Shown here: piece by piece, positions 6,691-16,545 of the stretch | How positions within the stretch are numbered: the stretch's first letter is position 1 | Layout: each line of letters begins with the position of its first letter | Assembly: GCA_022710975.1 (NCBI GenBank) | Contig: JAKLGA010000011.1 | Span: forward strand, 177,842 to 241,841 | Source: Myxococcota bacterium | GTDB lineage: Bacteria; Myxococcota; B64-G9 | Reading direction: 5' to 3' | DNA: 64,000 bases | Position numbers and translations under genes: made by a program | The notes under the pieces: model-generated | The model's database searches: none | What the model saw: only the letters and a program-made list of their open reading frames with translations | What the model was told of the DNA's origin: nothing

Positions 6691-8925
6691 TCAGGGCAGC
6701 CACAGCTCGGCGCGCGCGGCGTGCTCGTGGCCGGGCTCGTCCGCGTACGGGCAAAGGTGCGCCTCGACCTCCTCGCGCTCGAGCCACACCCGCCTGGGCT
6801 CGCGGCGCACGTAGGCGTCGATGCACTGCCCGACGTGGGGCGAGCCCGGGTGCACCGCGTCGGACACTTGCCCGAAGGGCGGCAGGACGCGCACCTCGAG
6901 GCCGGCCTCGGTGTAGGCGGTGAGCTGCAGGAGCGCGCTCCCGCCGTGGCTGTCCGGATCGCCCCGGTGCGTGTCCGGGTCGGCGGAGAAGCTCGTGGGG
7001 AACAGGGTGACCAGCCTGCCCACCACCATGCCCGGCAGGCCCACCTCGCGCCCCGCCACCCGCGCGAAGTTGAGGTAGCCCCAGGGGATGCGCAGCGGAT
7101 CCGGGCGGTCGGGGTAGGTCGTCCGCAGGTAGGGCGCGAGCGAGTCGCGCAGCGCCGCCCCGGCGAACGCGTCGAGCTGCTCGCGGGTGAGGCACGCGCC
7201 CGCGGCCGGGTAGCCGAGGGTGGGGAAGGCCGCCTCGACGAGCGCGGCCAGCGTGGCGCCCACGCTCTCGGGGGTCGCCAGGTAGCCCTCGTCGCGCCAG
7301 GCGAGCAGGTCGACCAGCATCCGGCCGCCGTCCCCCCACGTCTGCACCGGGTCGAGCCCCAGGGCGTCGAGCCCGCAGTCGATCGCCTCGACCAGCTCGG
7401 GCCAGAAGGGTACCCGCAGGTCGGTGGCCAGCTCGGCCAGCGCGTCCAGGTCGAGGTCGGTCCGGTCCCGGACGAGCTCGAGCATGCGCCGGTCGCGCTG
7501 GGTGGGCGCGCTCCAGCGCTCGAGGGTGGCCGGGACGTCGCCGATCTGCCCCTCGGGCAGGGTCCCGTAGCGCGGGCTGCCGTTGCAGTTCAGGAAGAAG
7601 CCACCCGCGGGGTCGAAGACGTGGGGCAGCTCGGGCCCGGCGCCGTCCAGGTTGTGCCAGCGCGCCCCTCCGAGATCGCTCCAGTCCCGCGAGGTGGTCC
7701 AGGAGTCGATGCGCGCGTCGGTGCTCGACAGCCGGCGCGCCCAGTCGAGGGCGGGGTCGAGCACCGGCGTGCTCGCGCCCAGGACGCCGCCCACGCGGTG
7801 CTGGCTGTCCCCGAGCGCGCGGTACTGGGCGTCCTCGGGCGGGGTGGGCCCGGCGAACAGCGCGGCGAACTCCTCCACGCTGCGCGCGAGCCCCATGCGC
7901 ACCCGGTAGTCGATCGCGCGGACGTCCGCGGCGGCGAACAGGTGGATGAAGGTGGCGCTGTCGGGGTGGCCGTCGCCGTCCTCGTCGGCGCCGAGCTCGG
8001 CCAGCGGCCCGAAGCGCGACTCGTAGAGCCAGACACCGTCCCCGGACACCTCGACGCAGCGCATGTCGAGCGGGGCGTAGCCGCTCGCGGCGGCGTGGTC
8101 GGCGTGCTCGTAGCGCGGGGCCGCAGCGCAGGCCCCCTCGGCCGGGCGCTCGTCCAGGCTGCGCAGGGCGGCCTCGACGCGCAGCCCGGTCACCGGGCCG
8201 GCCCGGGTGCAGCCGAAGGCCAGCGCCTCGTTCGAGCCGCAGCCCATCACCCCGAGCGAGAAGTTCCCGAACAGGTCGAAGCCGGCGATCGACACGTGCG
8301 CGTAGCGCTGGGAGCGCTGCCACGGGTTGTGGGGATCCTTGAGCACCAGGGTGGCCTGCCCGCGCGTCCGCTCCCCGCTGATCGCCAGCTGGTTCGAGCC
8401 GCCGGTCTCGGCCACGCCGCGCTCGAGCTCCGAGAGCGCGTGCGCGGCGCGCCCGGCCAGCAGGCTCATGGCCAGCGCGCGGCCGGTGGGCGGATCGGCC
8501 GGGTCGAAGGCCGCGGGCGGCGAGGGGAGCGAGCCGAAGTAGGCCGTGAGCCCCTCGGCGTAGGCCTCGAGCCACTCGCGCGCGTCGGGCGCGATGCGCT
8601 CGTAGCCGAGCCCGACCGCCTCCGGCAGGCGGTAGGCCAGGCTGAAGAGATCCATGCCCGCGCACCGCTCGCAGCCCGGCCCCATGCGCAGCGCGCTCTC
8701 GCCCGTCCCCAGGAAGGCGAGCTCCAGCGCCTCGACCCCCAGATCCTCCCCGTCGATCCAGCCCAGCGCGTAGGCCGCGGCGCGCGGGCTCCCGGCGAAG
8801 ACGTGCGGCACGCCGAACTCGTCGCGGAGCAGGGTGATCTCCCGGGGGTCGCCCGGGCCGGCCTCTCCGCCGCCGCACCCGGCGGCGAGCAGGCAGGCGA
8901 GGGTGAGCCAGCGCGCGACGCGCAT
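6691..8925 (-). CDS. Penicillin acylase (S45 Ntn-hydrolase) family lipoprotein, AHL-/penicillin-acylase-like
   Basis: Internal ATG (MRVARWLTLACLLAAGC, lipobox). DEFGVPHVFA lies near the N-terminus. TGGSNQLAISG provides the Ser-Asn nucleophile junction. The protein is 744 aa and family-typical throughout. Confidence 0.88.
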   Translation of the reverse strand: MRVARWLTLACLLAAGCGGGEAGPGDPREITLLRDEFGVPHVFAGSPRAAAYALGWIDGEDLGVEALELAFLGTGESALRMGPGCERCAGMDLFSLAYRLPEAVGLGYERIAPDAREWLEAYAEGLTAYFGSLPSPPAAFDPADPPTGRALAMSLLAGRAAHALSELERGVAETGGSNQLAISGERTRGQATLVLKDPHNPWQRSQRYAHVSIAGFDLFGNFSLGVMGCGSNEALAFGCTRAGPVTGLRVEAALRSLDERPAEGACAAAPRYEHADHAAASGYAPLDMRCVEVSGDGVWLYESRFGPLAELGADEDGDGHPDSATFIHLFAAADVRAIDYRVRMGLARSVEEFAALFAGPTPPEDAQYRALGDSQHRVGGVLGASTPVLDPALDWARRLSSTDARIDSWTTSRDWSDLGGARWHNLDGAGPELPHVFDPAGGFFLNCNGSPRYGTLPEGQIGDVPATLERWSAPTQRDRRMLELVRDRTDLDLDALAELATDLRVPFWPELVEAIDCGLDALGLDPVQTWGDGGRMLVDLLAWRDEGYLATPESVGATLAALVEAAFPTLGYPAAGACLTREQLDAFAGAALRDSLAPYLRTTYPDRPDPLRIPWGYLNFARVAGREVGLPGMVVGRLVTLFPTSFSADPDTHRGDPDSHGGSALLQLTAYTEAGLEVRVLPPFGQVSDAVHPGSPHVGQCIDAYVRREPRRVWLEREEVEAHLCPYADEPGHEHAARAELWLP

Positions 8926-8931
8926 GAGGAG

Positions 8932-8961
8932 ATTGAACCGCCCCGGGGGCGACCCTGTCAA
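8932..8961 (-). promoter_or_regulatory. Sigma-70-like promoter candidate; would give a leaderless acylase mRNA
   Basis: Minus strand reads TTGACA (8961-8956), an 18-nt spacer, TTCAAT (8937-8932), then 6 nt and the ATG (8925). There is no SD before this ATG (sequence ctcctc). Confidence 0.35.
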
Positions 8962-9001
8962 CGCCGCGGCGCGGGGACTCGCTTGCCGGATCACGCCCGG
9001 A

Positions 9002-10240
9002 TCACTCGAACGAGTAGCGGAAGCCGGGCTGGCCGAAGCGACCCTCGACGATGCCGAGCGTGTCCTCGGCGATGACCAGCTCCTCGTTGGTGGGGATGAC
9101 CAGCACCCGCACCCGGCTGCCCGGGGCGGCGATGTCGAGCTCGGCCTTGCCCCCGCGGGCGGCCTGGTTCTTCTCCTCGTCCAGGCGGACGCCCAGGAAG
9201 CCGAGCCCCTGCAGGGCGCGCGCGCGGATGAGCGCCGAGTTCTCGCCCACCCCGGCGGTGAACACGACCGCGTCCAGGCCGCCCATCACCGCCGCGTAGG
9301 CCCCGATCGTCTTCGACAGGGCGCGGCACTCGAGCTCGATCGCCAGGCGGCAGCCCTCGTCGCCCTGGGCGGCCGCGGCCTCGATGTCGCGCCGGTCGTT
9401 GAAGCGGCCGGTCAGCCCCAGCAACCCGCTCTGCTTGTTGAGCTGCTTGTCCATCTGCGCCACGCTGAGCTGCTCGCGCTCCATCACGTACAGCGGGATG
9501 GCCGGATCGATCGAGCCCGAGCGGGTGCCCATGACCAGCCCCTCCAGCGGGGTGAACCCCATGGAGGTGTCCACCGAGCGGCCGCCCAGGACCGCCGCGG
9601 CGCTGGCCCCGTTGCCGATGTGCAGGGTCACCAGCCTGAGCTCCGCCAGCGGCCGCCCGAGCACGACCGCCGCCCGGCGCGAGACGTACAGGTGGCTGGT
9701 GCCGTGGAAGCCGTAGCGGCGGATGCCGTGCCGCTCGTACCAGGCCAACGGCAGGGCGTACAGGTAGGCCGCGCGCGGCATGCTCTGGTGGAAGGCGGTG
9801 TCGAACACCGCCACCTGGGGCACGCCCGGCAGGAGCGCCTGGGCCGCCCGGATGCCCGCCAGGTTGGGCGGGTTGTGCAGCGGCGCCAGCACCGAGAGCT
9901 CCTCCAGCGTGCGCACCAGCTCGTCGGTGATGAGCGCCGACTGCGCGAAGCGCTCCCCGCCGTGCACGGCCCGGTGCCCGACCGCGCGGATGGCCCGGGG
10001 ATCCCGGGCCGGCGCGTCCTCGCCCTCGCCGAGCGCGCGCAGCACCAGGCGCACGGCCGCCACGTGGTCGGGGGCCGCCTCCTCGAGGCGCAGCTCGCGC
10101 TCGCCGCGCTTCTCCTTGAGGAAGGCGTCGGCGCTGCCCACGCGCTCGACCACGCCGCGCGCCAGGAACGCGCGCCGGGCGGGCTCGTAGACCGAGTACT
10201 TGACCGAGGACGAGCCGCAGTTGAGCGTGAGCACGCTCAT
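9002..10240 (-). CDS. ackA: Acetate kinase
   Basis: MSVLTLNCGSSSVKYSVY..., GHRAVHGG, FDTAFHQSMP, RRYGFHGTSH and VFTAGVGENS are canonical AckA motifs. The rest of track ORF 9002..12154 is out-of-frame overlap with the OPT gene. Confidence 0.95.
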   Translation of the reverse strand: MSVLTLNCGSSSVKYSVYEPARRAFLARGVVERVGSADAFLKEKRGERELRLEEAAPDHVAAVRLVLRALGEGEDAPARDPRAIRAVGHRAVHGGERFAQSALITDELVRTLEELSVLAPLHNPPNLAGIRAAQALLPGVPQVAVFDTAFHQSMPRAAYLYALPLAWYERHGIRRYGFHGTSHLYVSRRAAVVLGRPLAELRLVTLHIGNGASAAAVLGGRSVDTSMGFTPLEGLVMGTRSGSIDPAIPLYVMEREQLSVAQMDKQLNKQSGLLGLTGRFNDRRDIEAAAAQGDEGCRLAIELECRALSKTIGAYAAVMGGLDAVVFTAGVGENSALIRARALQGLGFLGVRLDEEKNQAARGGKAELDIAAPGSRVRVLVIPTNEELVIAEDTLGIVEGRFGQPGFRYSFE

Positions 10241-12540
10241 GGCTTGCCCTCCGGCGGGCCTGCGCCCGGCGGCGCGGCCGCGAGCTGCCAGCGCGCGCCC
10301 AGCCGGGCGAGCAGGAAGCAGACCAGCCCGAGCAGCACGAGCATGCCCAGGCCCAGCCCCTGGCCCAGGCCGCCCACGTACCAGGGGTGGCGGGGTTGCG
10401 GCTTGCCGTCCGCGCCGAGCACGGGCCTGCAGCTCGCGTCCTCGACGAACTCGAGCTCGCGCAGGTTCTCGTTGCACTCCTTGCCCGCGGGCAGCTGGAG
10501 CTCCTCGCAGGTGTGCTTGCCGCACTGGAACTTGGCGTCCACCACGGCCTCGACGGTGAAGTCCTTGCCCACGCTGAGGTGCTGGATGGGGGCGCCGATG
10601 GGCGCCAGCCTGAGCACGGCGCCCAGGATGCCGAAGATGGCCGCCCCGGCCATGAGCCCCGAGGCGATCAGCGTGCCCTGCTCGGCCCGGGCCGCGCGCA
10701 CCTCGGGGCGGCCGCCGGTCCTGGAAATGAGCCAGGCGCAGAAGGCGCCGGCCAGCACCGCCATGTTGATCGAGATGGGCAGGTACATGCCGAGCGCGAA
10801 GGCCAGCATGGGCACCCCGGCCATGAACAGCAGCACGGCCACGATGCCGCCCAGGCCGTACAGCAGCCAGGGCTGGCTGGCCGGGTCCGACATCAACCCC
10901 TTGGACACGGCCGCGATCATGTTGGCCTGGGGTGCAGGCAGCACGGCCTCGTTGGAGATCTTGAGCCCCTCGGGCGTGGTCACCAGGAAGTGGTAGGCGC
11001 TGTCCATGAGCGGGATGATGAAGGCGATCACCAGGGCCGCCACCGCCATGCCCAGGAACTTCCAGCGCTCCTGGTTGCGCGGGGTGGAGCCGATCCAGTA
11101 GCCGATCTTGAAGTCGGTGATGAGCGCCCCGGAGGTGGACAGCGCGGTGCACACCGCGGTGCCGATGATGAGCGCGATGATCAGCCCGGCGTTGCCCTTC
11201 AGGCCCGTCAGCAGCATGGCGCCGATGCTGAGCGCCACGGTGATGAGCGTCATGCCCGAGACCGGGTTGGTGCCCACGATGGCGATGGCCTGGGCCGCCA
11301 CCGGGGTGAACAGGAAGGACAGCAGGAACCCGACCACCATCCCGACCACGGCGAAGAGGAGCGCGTCCGAGGCCGGATAGGAGGCGCCGGTCGCGTCCAT
11401 GGGGGTGACCAGCGAGACCACCAGGAAGAGCACCCCCATCAGCAGCGCCAGCCCGAGCTGCAGCAGGAGCACCTTGCCCGGGGAAAGATCGCGCTGGGTG
11501 CGCTCGTCGACCGCCACCTCGCCCCGGCGGGAGAGCCCCTTGAAGCCGAGCGACACCGAGGAGGCCACGATCTTGCCCATGCGCAGGATGCCGATCAGCC
11601 CCGAGACGGCGATGGCGCCGATGCCGATGGGTTTCACGAAGGCGCTGAAGATGGCCCCCGCGCTCAGCTCGGAGATCTGGAAGCTCTTGCCGGCGAAGTC
11701 GAACTCGGCCAGGCCCTTGCCGAACAGGTACACCAGCGGCACCAGCACCAGCATCGACAGCACGCTGCCGGCCGCGATGATCGAGGCGTACTTGATCCCG
11801 ATGATGTAGCCCAGCCCGAACAGGGCGGCGATGCCGGCGAGCTGCACCTCGAGCCGCACCCCCCGCATGGCCTCGCCGATGCCCGCGGGCAGGAAGCTCG
11901 TGGAGAGCCCGGCGTTCCACAGGTTGAGCGTCTCCACAGAGAAGTCGAACAGCGCGCCCAGCCCGAAGGCGATGAGCAGGATCTTGCCCGCCCCGGCCGC
12001 GGCGCTCTCGCCGGTCACCAGGATCTCGTTGATGGCGGTGGCCTCGGGGAAGGGCAACTCGCCGTGCAGGTCCTTCACGAAGTACTTGCGCAGCGGGATG
12101 ATCAGCGCCACCCCCAGGCAGCCGCCGATGCCGGTCGCCAGGAAGATGTGCCACCAGGCCACGGGCTGCTCGTTGATGTACAGCGCCGGGATGACGAAGG
12201 TGGCCCCGGCCGCCACCACCCCGGCGGCCTGGCCCACGCTCTGCACCATCACGTTCTCCAGGATGGTCGAGCGGATCTTCTTCATCTTGCCGAAGAAGAT
12301 GGCCAGGATGGCGATGGGGATGGAGGCCTCGATGGCGTTGCCGGCCCGCAGCGCCATGTAGGCGCAGGCGCCGGTGAAGACCACCACCATGATCAGCCCC
12401 AGGCCGATCGACCAGGGGGTGACCTCGGCCCGCCCGTCCCCGGCCGGGACGATGGGCTGGTAGGTCTCGCCGGGCTGGAGCCGGGTGTAGGCGTTCGCGG
12501 GCAGCAGTTTCGAGCCTGGGCTGGGGCTGGGTGAGTGCAT
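10237..12540 (-). CDS. OPT-family oligopeptide transporter
   Basis: A 767-aa polytopic protein with ...AGNAIEASIPIAILA..., ELPFPEATAINEILVTGE and other OPT-superfamily signatures. AGGAGG lies 9 nt before the ATG at 12540. Its stop overlaps the ackA start by 4 nt. Confidence 0.9.
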   Translation of the reverse strand: MHSPSPSPGSKLLPANAYTRLQPGETYQPIVPAGDGRAEVTPWSIGLGLIMVVVFTGACAYMALRAGNAIEASIPIAILAIFFGKMKKIRSTILENVMVQSVGQAAGVVAAGATFVIPALYINEQPVAWWHIFLATGIGGCLGVALIIPLRKYFVKDLHGELPFPEATAINEILVTGESAAAGAGKILLIAFGLGALFDFSVETLNLWNAGLSTSFLPAGIGEAMRGVRLEVQLAGIAALFGLGYIIGIKYASIIAAGSVLSMLVLVPLVYLFGKGLAEFDFAGKSFQISELSAGAIFSAFVKPIGIGAIAVSGLIGILRMGKIVASSVSLGFKGLSRRGEVAVDERTQRDLSPGKVLLLQLGLALLMGVLFLVVSLVTPMDATGASYPASDALLFAVVGMVVGFLLSFLFTPVAAQAIAIVGTNPVSGMTLITVALSIGAMLLTGLKGNAGLIIALIIGTAVCTALSTSGALITDFKIGYWIGSTPRNQERWKFLGMAVAALVIAFIIPLMDSAYHFLVTTPEGLKISNEAVLPAPQANMIAAVSKGLMSDPASQPWLLYGLGGIVAVLLFMAGVPMLAFALGMYLPISINMAVLAGAFCAWLISRTGGRPEVRAARAEQGTLIASGLMAGAAIFGILGAVLRLAPIGAPIQHLSVGKDFTVEAVVDAKFQCGKHTCEELQLPAGKECNENLRELEFVEDASCRPVLGADGKPQPRHPWYVGGLGQGLGLGMLVLLGLVCFLLARLGARWQLAAAPPGAGPPEGKP

Positions 12541-12666
12541 CGCGCCACGTCCTCCTGCTGGATTCTCCCGCGGTTTCGCCATAGCACAGGGGGCGGCCGG
12601 AAGCTACCCAAACGCGCGGCGCTGTGTCAGGATGGGGCCCTGGGCGGGATCGAAGGAGAGCGAACC

Positions 12667-15600
12667 ATGCGGCAGAGTCTCGTGCGCCTGGAGGTGCTCC
12701 TGGTGTTGTGCGGCCCCCTGGCCCTGGCGGGGAGCGGCTGCGGGGACGGGGCGAGCTGCCCGGCCGGGCAGGCGGCCTGCGGCGGGACGTGCGTGGACGT
12801 GTTCTCGGACCGCGACAACTGCGGCTTCTGCGGCTGGGCCTGCCTGGACGGCCAGTTCTGCGTCACCGGCCAGTGCATGCCCTGCCAGCACCAGTGCATG
12901 CTGGGCCAGAAACAGTGCGCCCCGGGCTCCAGCCTCGAGTTCCAGGTGTGCGGCGACAGCAACGGCGACACCTGCCTGGACTGGACCCCGGCCCAGGTCT
13001 GCCCGAACGGCCAGATCTGCGAGGACGGCGACTGCCAGACGGGCTGCCTGGACGACTGCAGCCGCGAGGGCTCGACCACCTGCGACTCGAGCGGCGCCAA
13101 CGGGGTGCTGAGCTGCGGGGAGTTCGACGGGGACCCCTGCCTGGAGTGGGGCGGGTTCGCCGCCTGCGTGGGGGCCGAGACCTGCTCGGCCGGGCTGTGC
13201 TCCACCACCTGCCAGGACGAGTGCGCCAGCGGCAAGACCCAGTGCGCCACGCCCGCCTCGGCCGGGGTGCAGACCTGCGGCCAGCACGACGCGGACGCCT
13301 GCCTGGACTGGGGCCAGGCCGAGGCCTGCCAGCCGGGCCAGAGCTGCGTGGACGGCGCCTGCACCGGGGGCTGCAGCGACGAGTGCGCGGGAGACCAGGT
13401 GCGCTGCGCCGATCCGCCGCTGAACGCCGTGCTGACCTGCGGCAACTGGGACGCGGACGCCTGCCTGGAGTACGGCGGCGCCCAGGCCTGCACCGCGCCC
13501 GCCACCTGCTCCGGCGGGGTGTGCTCGACCAGCTGCCAGGACGACTGCGACGTGGGCGAGCGGGAGTGCGAGGGCACCGCCTGGAAGCAGTGCGGCTACT
13601 ACGACGGCGACGCCTGCCGGGACTGGTCCGGGCTGACCGCCTGCGGCCCGCAGCAGACCTGCGTGAGCGGCCAGTGCCAGGCGACCTGCGCGAACGAGTG
13701 CCCGAGCGCGGGCGACCGGCAGTGCTCGGGCTCCGGGGCCACGCTCGGCACCGACCAGTGCGCCGACTGGGACGGGGACGGCTGCCTGGAGTGGGGCGGG
13801 CACACCAACTGCCCCGCGGGCTACCGCTGCGAGAACGCCGAGTGCGTGGAGGACTGCACCGACGACTGCGACACCCCGGGCGAGCAGACCTGCGAGGGCG
13901 CGGGCTACAAGGTGTGCGGCGACTCCGACGCGGACGACTGCCTGGACTGGAGCGGGATCACCGCCTGCGGGGCCGGCGAGACCTGCTCGGCCGGCGTGTG
14001 CTCCGCCACCTGCGCGGACGAGTGCGCCAGCGGCCAGCGCGAGTGCTTCGGCACGGGCTGGCGCGAGTGCGGCGAGGCCAACGACGGGGACGCCTGCCGC
14101 GACTGGCTGGCGGTGCACCCGTGCGCCGCCTGGGAGGCCTGCCCGGCCGCGAGCCCCTCCTGCGTGGTGACCTGCAGCAACGACTGCCCCACCCAGGGCG
14201 CGGCCGGCTGCACGCCCGATCTGACCGGCACGCGCACCTGCATCGCCAACGGGGACGCCGATCCCTGCCTGGAGTGGAGCGGTGCCACAGCCTGCGGCGC
14301 GGGCCGGGTGTGCGATCCGGCCACCAGCCAGTGCGTGCTGGCCTGCTCCGACGAGTGTGACACGCCGAACGAGCGGCGCTGCACCGGCGATGGCCTGGGC
14401 TACGAGACCTGCGCGACCAACGTGGACGGGGACGCCTGCCTGGAGTGGGGCTTCCCCACGAGCTGCCCCGCGCCCCAGACCTGCTCGGGCGCCGGGGTGT
14501 GCTCGCTCAACTGCACGGACGACTGCTCCCCGAGCGGCGCCCTGGTGTGCGACGCGGCCGACCCCAGCCACAAGGCCTACCGGCTGTGCGGCAGCTACGA
14601 CGGGGACGCCTGCCTGGACCTCGGCAGCCCGGGCTCGTGCGGCTATGGCCAGCAGTGCCTCGCCGGGGCCTGCAGCGTGGTGTGCGCGGACGGCTGCGCC
14701 ACGCCCGGGGAGGTGCGCTGCGGCGGCAACGCGGTCGAGGTGTGCGCCGCCAACCACGACGCGGACGAGTGCCTGGAGTGGGGCACCCAGACCGCCTGCC
14801 TGGCAGGGGAGCTGTGCTGGCGCGGGGGCTGCGTGAGCCAGACGCCGCCGGCCACGCTGCTGATCAACGAGATCCTGTACGACGACGCGAGCACGGACGG
14901 GGAGCAGGTGTTCATCGAGCTGTGGGGCCCGGGCGGGTTGTCGCTGTCCGGCTACTACCTGCTGGCGGTGAACGGGTCCGGGGGCGCCGAGATCAGCCGC
15001 ATCTACCTCGACGGCCGGCAGCTCCCGGCCGACGGACACTTCGTGATCGCCACCGCGAGCGCGGACGCGGCCCTGGCGCCCGAGGTGGACATGGTCAGCT
15101 CCTACGCCGATCTGCAGAACGGGCCGGACAACCTGCAGGTCGTGTGGGCCGGCGGCCAGGTGGTGGACGCGCTCGGCTACGGGGCCTTCACCGTGAGCAA
15201 CGTGTTCGCCGGCGAGGGCGCGGACTACACCCAGGCGGCCGGCAACGCGGGCTACGACGCGACCTGGGGCACCTTCTGCCTGAGCCGCTCGGCCGATCAT
15301 GCCGACAGCGGGGTGAACCTGAACGACTTCTTCCTGCGCACGGCCTGCTCGCCGGGCTGGGAGGGTCCGGGCAAGGTGCTGTGGCAGCTCGCCGCCTACG
15401 GCGGCACGTCCTCCCCGGCCCTGGACGCCGGGGGCAACATCTACACCGTGGACTCCTGGGGCGATCTGTACAAGGCCAGCCCGGACGGCGTCCGCGTGTA
15501 CAACCCCCTCTTCAGCTTCCTCAGCTCGGTGGCGCTGTCGAACGACGAGACCACCCTGTACGTCGGCTCGGACACCGGCGTCTACGCCCTGAGCGCCTCG

Positions 15601-16545
15601 ACCGGCATCACCATCGGCGGCTGGCCCGTGGAGACCGGGCAGGACGTGTACTCCACCCCGGCGGTCGGGGCGGACGGGTCCATCTACTTCGGCAGCCGCG
15701 CGGGCGGGCTGTACTCCTACAGCGCCGCGGGCGCGCTGCGCTGGCGCTACGGCCCGGCGGGCTGCGCCGCGGGGAGCTGCCCGGCCCTCGACTCCTCCCC
15801 GGCGGTGGCCCCGGGCTGGGGGCCGGGCGGGGCGGACCTGGTGGTGGTGGCCATCGGCGGCGTGGGCCACGGCGAGCTGGCCGCGGTGAACGGCTCGACC
15901 GGGGCCGAGGTGTGGCGCTGGACCCAGGGCACCGAGGCCTGCCTGAGCTCGCCGGCCATCGGGCCGGACGGGACCATCTACTTCGCCTGCGACGACGGCT
16001 TCCTGGACGCCCTGGATCCCGCCACGGGCACCTCGCGCGCCGGCTTCCCCGTGGACATCGCTCCCGACGCCACCTCCGTGTTCGAGGTCAAGGGCTGCTC
16101 GGCCAGCGTGCTGCTCCCGTCCTACGGCGGGGTGGAGATCTACGCCACCTCGCGGGCGGACGCGTCCAACGCCTTCATCTTCGGCGCGGACGGCAGCGAG
16201 CTGTGGCGGGCGACCCTGTTCGAGGGCAACTCCAGCTTCAGCCTGGCCGCCAACGGCGCCTTCCACGTGCACTCCGTCGACAGCGCCGGGGGCACCGGGT
16301 ACCTGCTCGGCTACAGCGCGGCCGGCACGCTGGAGTGGTACACGGTCCTGGAGGAGAGCGCGGTGGACTGGATCTCCTCCTCCCCGGCCATCAGCCCCGC
16401 CGGGGTGGTGTACGTGGTGGCCCACAACGGCGCTTCGAGCTCGGGCTACCTGTACGCGGTCCAGGGCGTCGCGGGCCTGAACACCGAGCCGGGCGGGTTC
16501 CCCCGCTTCCACGGCAACGCCCGCAACGCGGGCCGTGGCTACTAG
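12667..16545 (+). CDS. Giant surface/secreted lipoprotein: Cys-rich repeats, lamin-tail domain (LTD) and PQQ-like beta-propeller (1292 aa)
   Basis: AAGGAGAG lies before the ATG, and ...LALAGSGC is a lipobox. It has twelve six-Cys repeats and an LTD signature (LLINEILYD...QVFIELWG...YYLL). The C-terminal half has repeated ...G.IY.GS.DG.LYA... blades like BamB/PQQ propellers. Confidence 0.9.
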   Translation: MRQSLVRLEVLLVLCGPLALAGSGCGDGASCPAGQAACGGTCVDVFSDRDNCGFCGWACLDGQFCVTGQCMPCQHQCMLGQKQCAPGSSLEFQVCGDSNGDTCLDWTPAQVCPNGQICEDGDCQTGCLDDCSREGSTTCDSSGANGVLSCGEFDGDPCLEWGGFAACVGAETCSAGLCSTTCQDECASGKTQCATPASAGVQTCGQHDADACLDWGQAEACQPGQSCVDGACTGGCSDECAGDQVRCADPPLNAVLTCGNWDADACLEYGGAQACTAPATCSGGVCSTSCQDDCDVGERECEGTAWKQCGYYDGDACRDWSGLTACGPQQTCVSGQCQATCANECPSAGDRQCSGSGATLGTDQCADWDGDGCLEWGGHTNCPAGYRCENAECVEDCTDDCDTPGEQTCEGAGYKVCGDSDADDCLDWSGITACGAGETCSAGVCSATCADECASGQRECFGTGWRECGEANDGDACRDWLAVHPCAAWEACPAASPSCVVTCSNDCPTQGAAGCTPDLTGTRTCIANGDADPCLEWSGATACGAGRVCDPATSQCVLACSDECDTPNERRCTGDGLGYETCATNVDGDACLEWGFPTSCPAPQTCSGAGVCSLNCTDDCSPSGALVCDAADPSHKAYRLCGSYDGDACLDLGSPGSCGYGQQCLAGACSVVCADGCATPGEVRCGGNAVEVCAANHDADECLEWGTQTACLAGELCWRGGCVSQTPPATLLINEILYDDASTDGEQVFIELWGPGGLSLSGYYLLAVNGSGGAEISRIYLDGRQLPADGHFVIATASADAALAPEVDMVSSYADLQNGPDNLQVVWAGGQVVDALGYGAFTVSNVFAGEGADYTQAAGNAGYDATWGTFCLSRSADHADSGVNLNDFFLRTACSPGWEGPGKVLWQLAAYGGTSSPALDAGGNIYTVDSWGDLYKASPDGVRVYNPLFSFLSSVALSNDETTLYVGSDTGVYALSASTGITIGGWPVETGQDVYSTPAVGADGSIYFGSRAGGLYSYSAAGALRWRYGPAGCAAGSCPALDSSPAVAPGWGPGGADLVVVAIGGVGHGELAAVNGSTGAEVWRWTQGTEACLSSPAIGPDGTIYFACDDGFLDALDPATGTSRAGFPVDIAPDATSVFEVKGCSASVLLPSYGGVEIYATSRADASNAFIFGADGSELWRATLFEGNSSFSLAANGAFHVHSVDSAGGTGYLLGYSAAGTLEWYTVLEESAVDWISSSPAISPAGVVYVVAHNGASSSGYLYAVQGVAGLNTEPGGFPRFHGNARNAGRGY
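12883..14841 (+). repeat. Twelve tandem 51-57-aa six-cysteine coding repeats
   Basis: Consensus read by eye: C.(D/N)(E/D)C..G...C......(Q/V).CG..D.D.CL(D/E)W......C..G..C..G.C.... The repeats cover residues 73-725 of the CDS. Confidence 0.85.

Noticed and set aside
12604-16512. Very long antisense or out-of-frame ORFs in the track, e.g. 12604..16512(-) 1302 aa, 52010..58639(-) 2209 aa, 47448..52166(+) 1572 aa, 20681..24583(+) 1300 aa, 53530..58923(+) 1797 aa and 6461..8878(-) 805 aa.
   Set aside because: Their translations are monotonous Arg/Ala/Gly/Pro/His strings with no motifs, signals or SD sites. Each overlaps an ORF with clear family-like sequence. Stop-codon depletion in GC-rich DNA produces such ORFs routinely.
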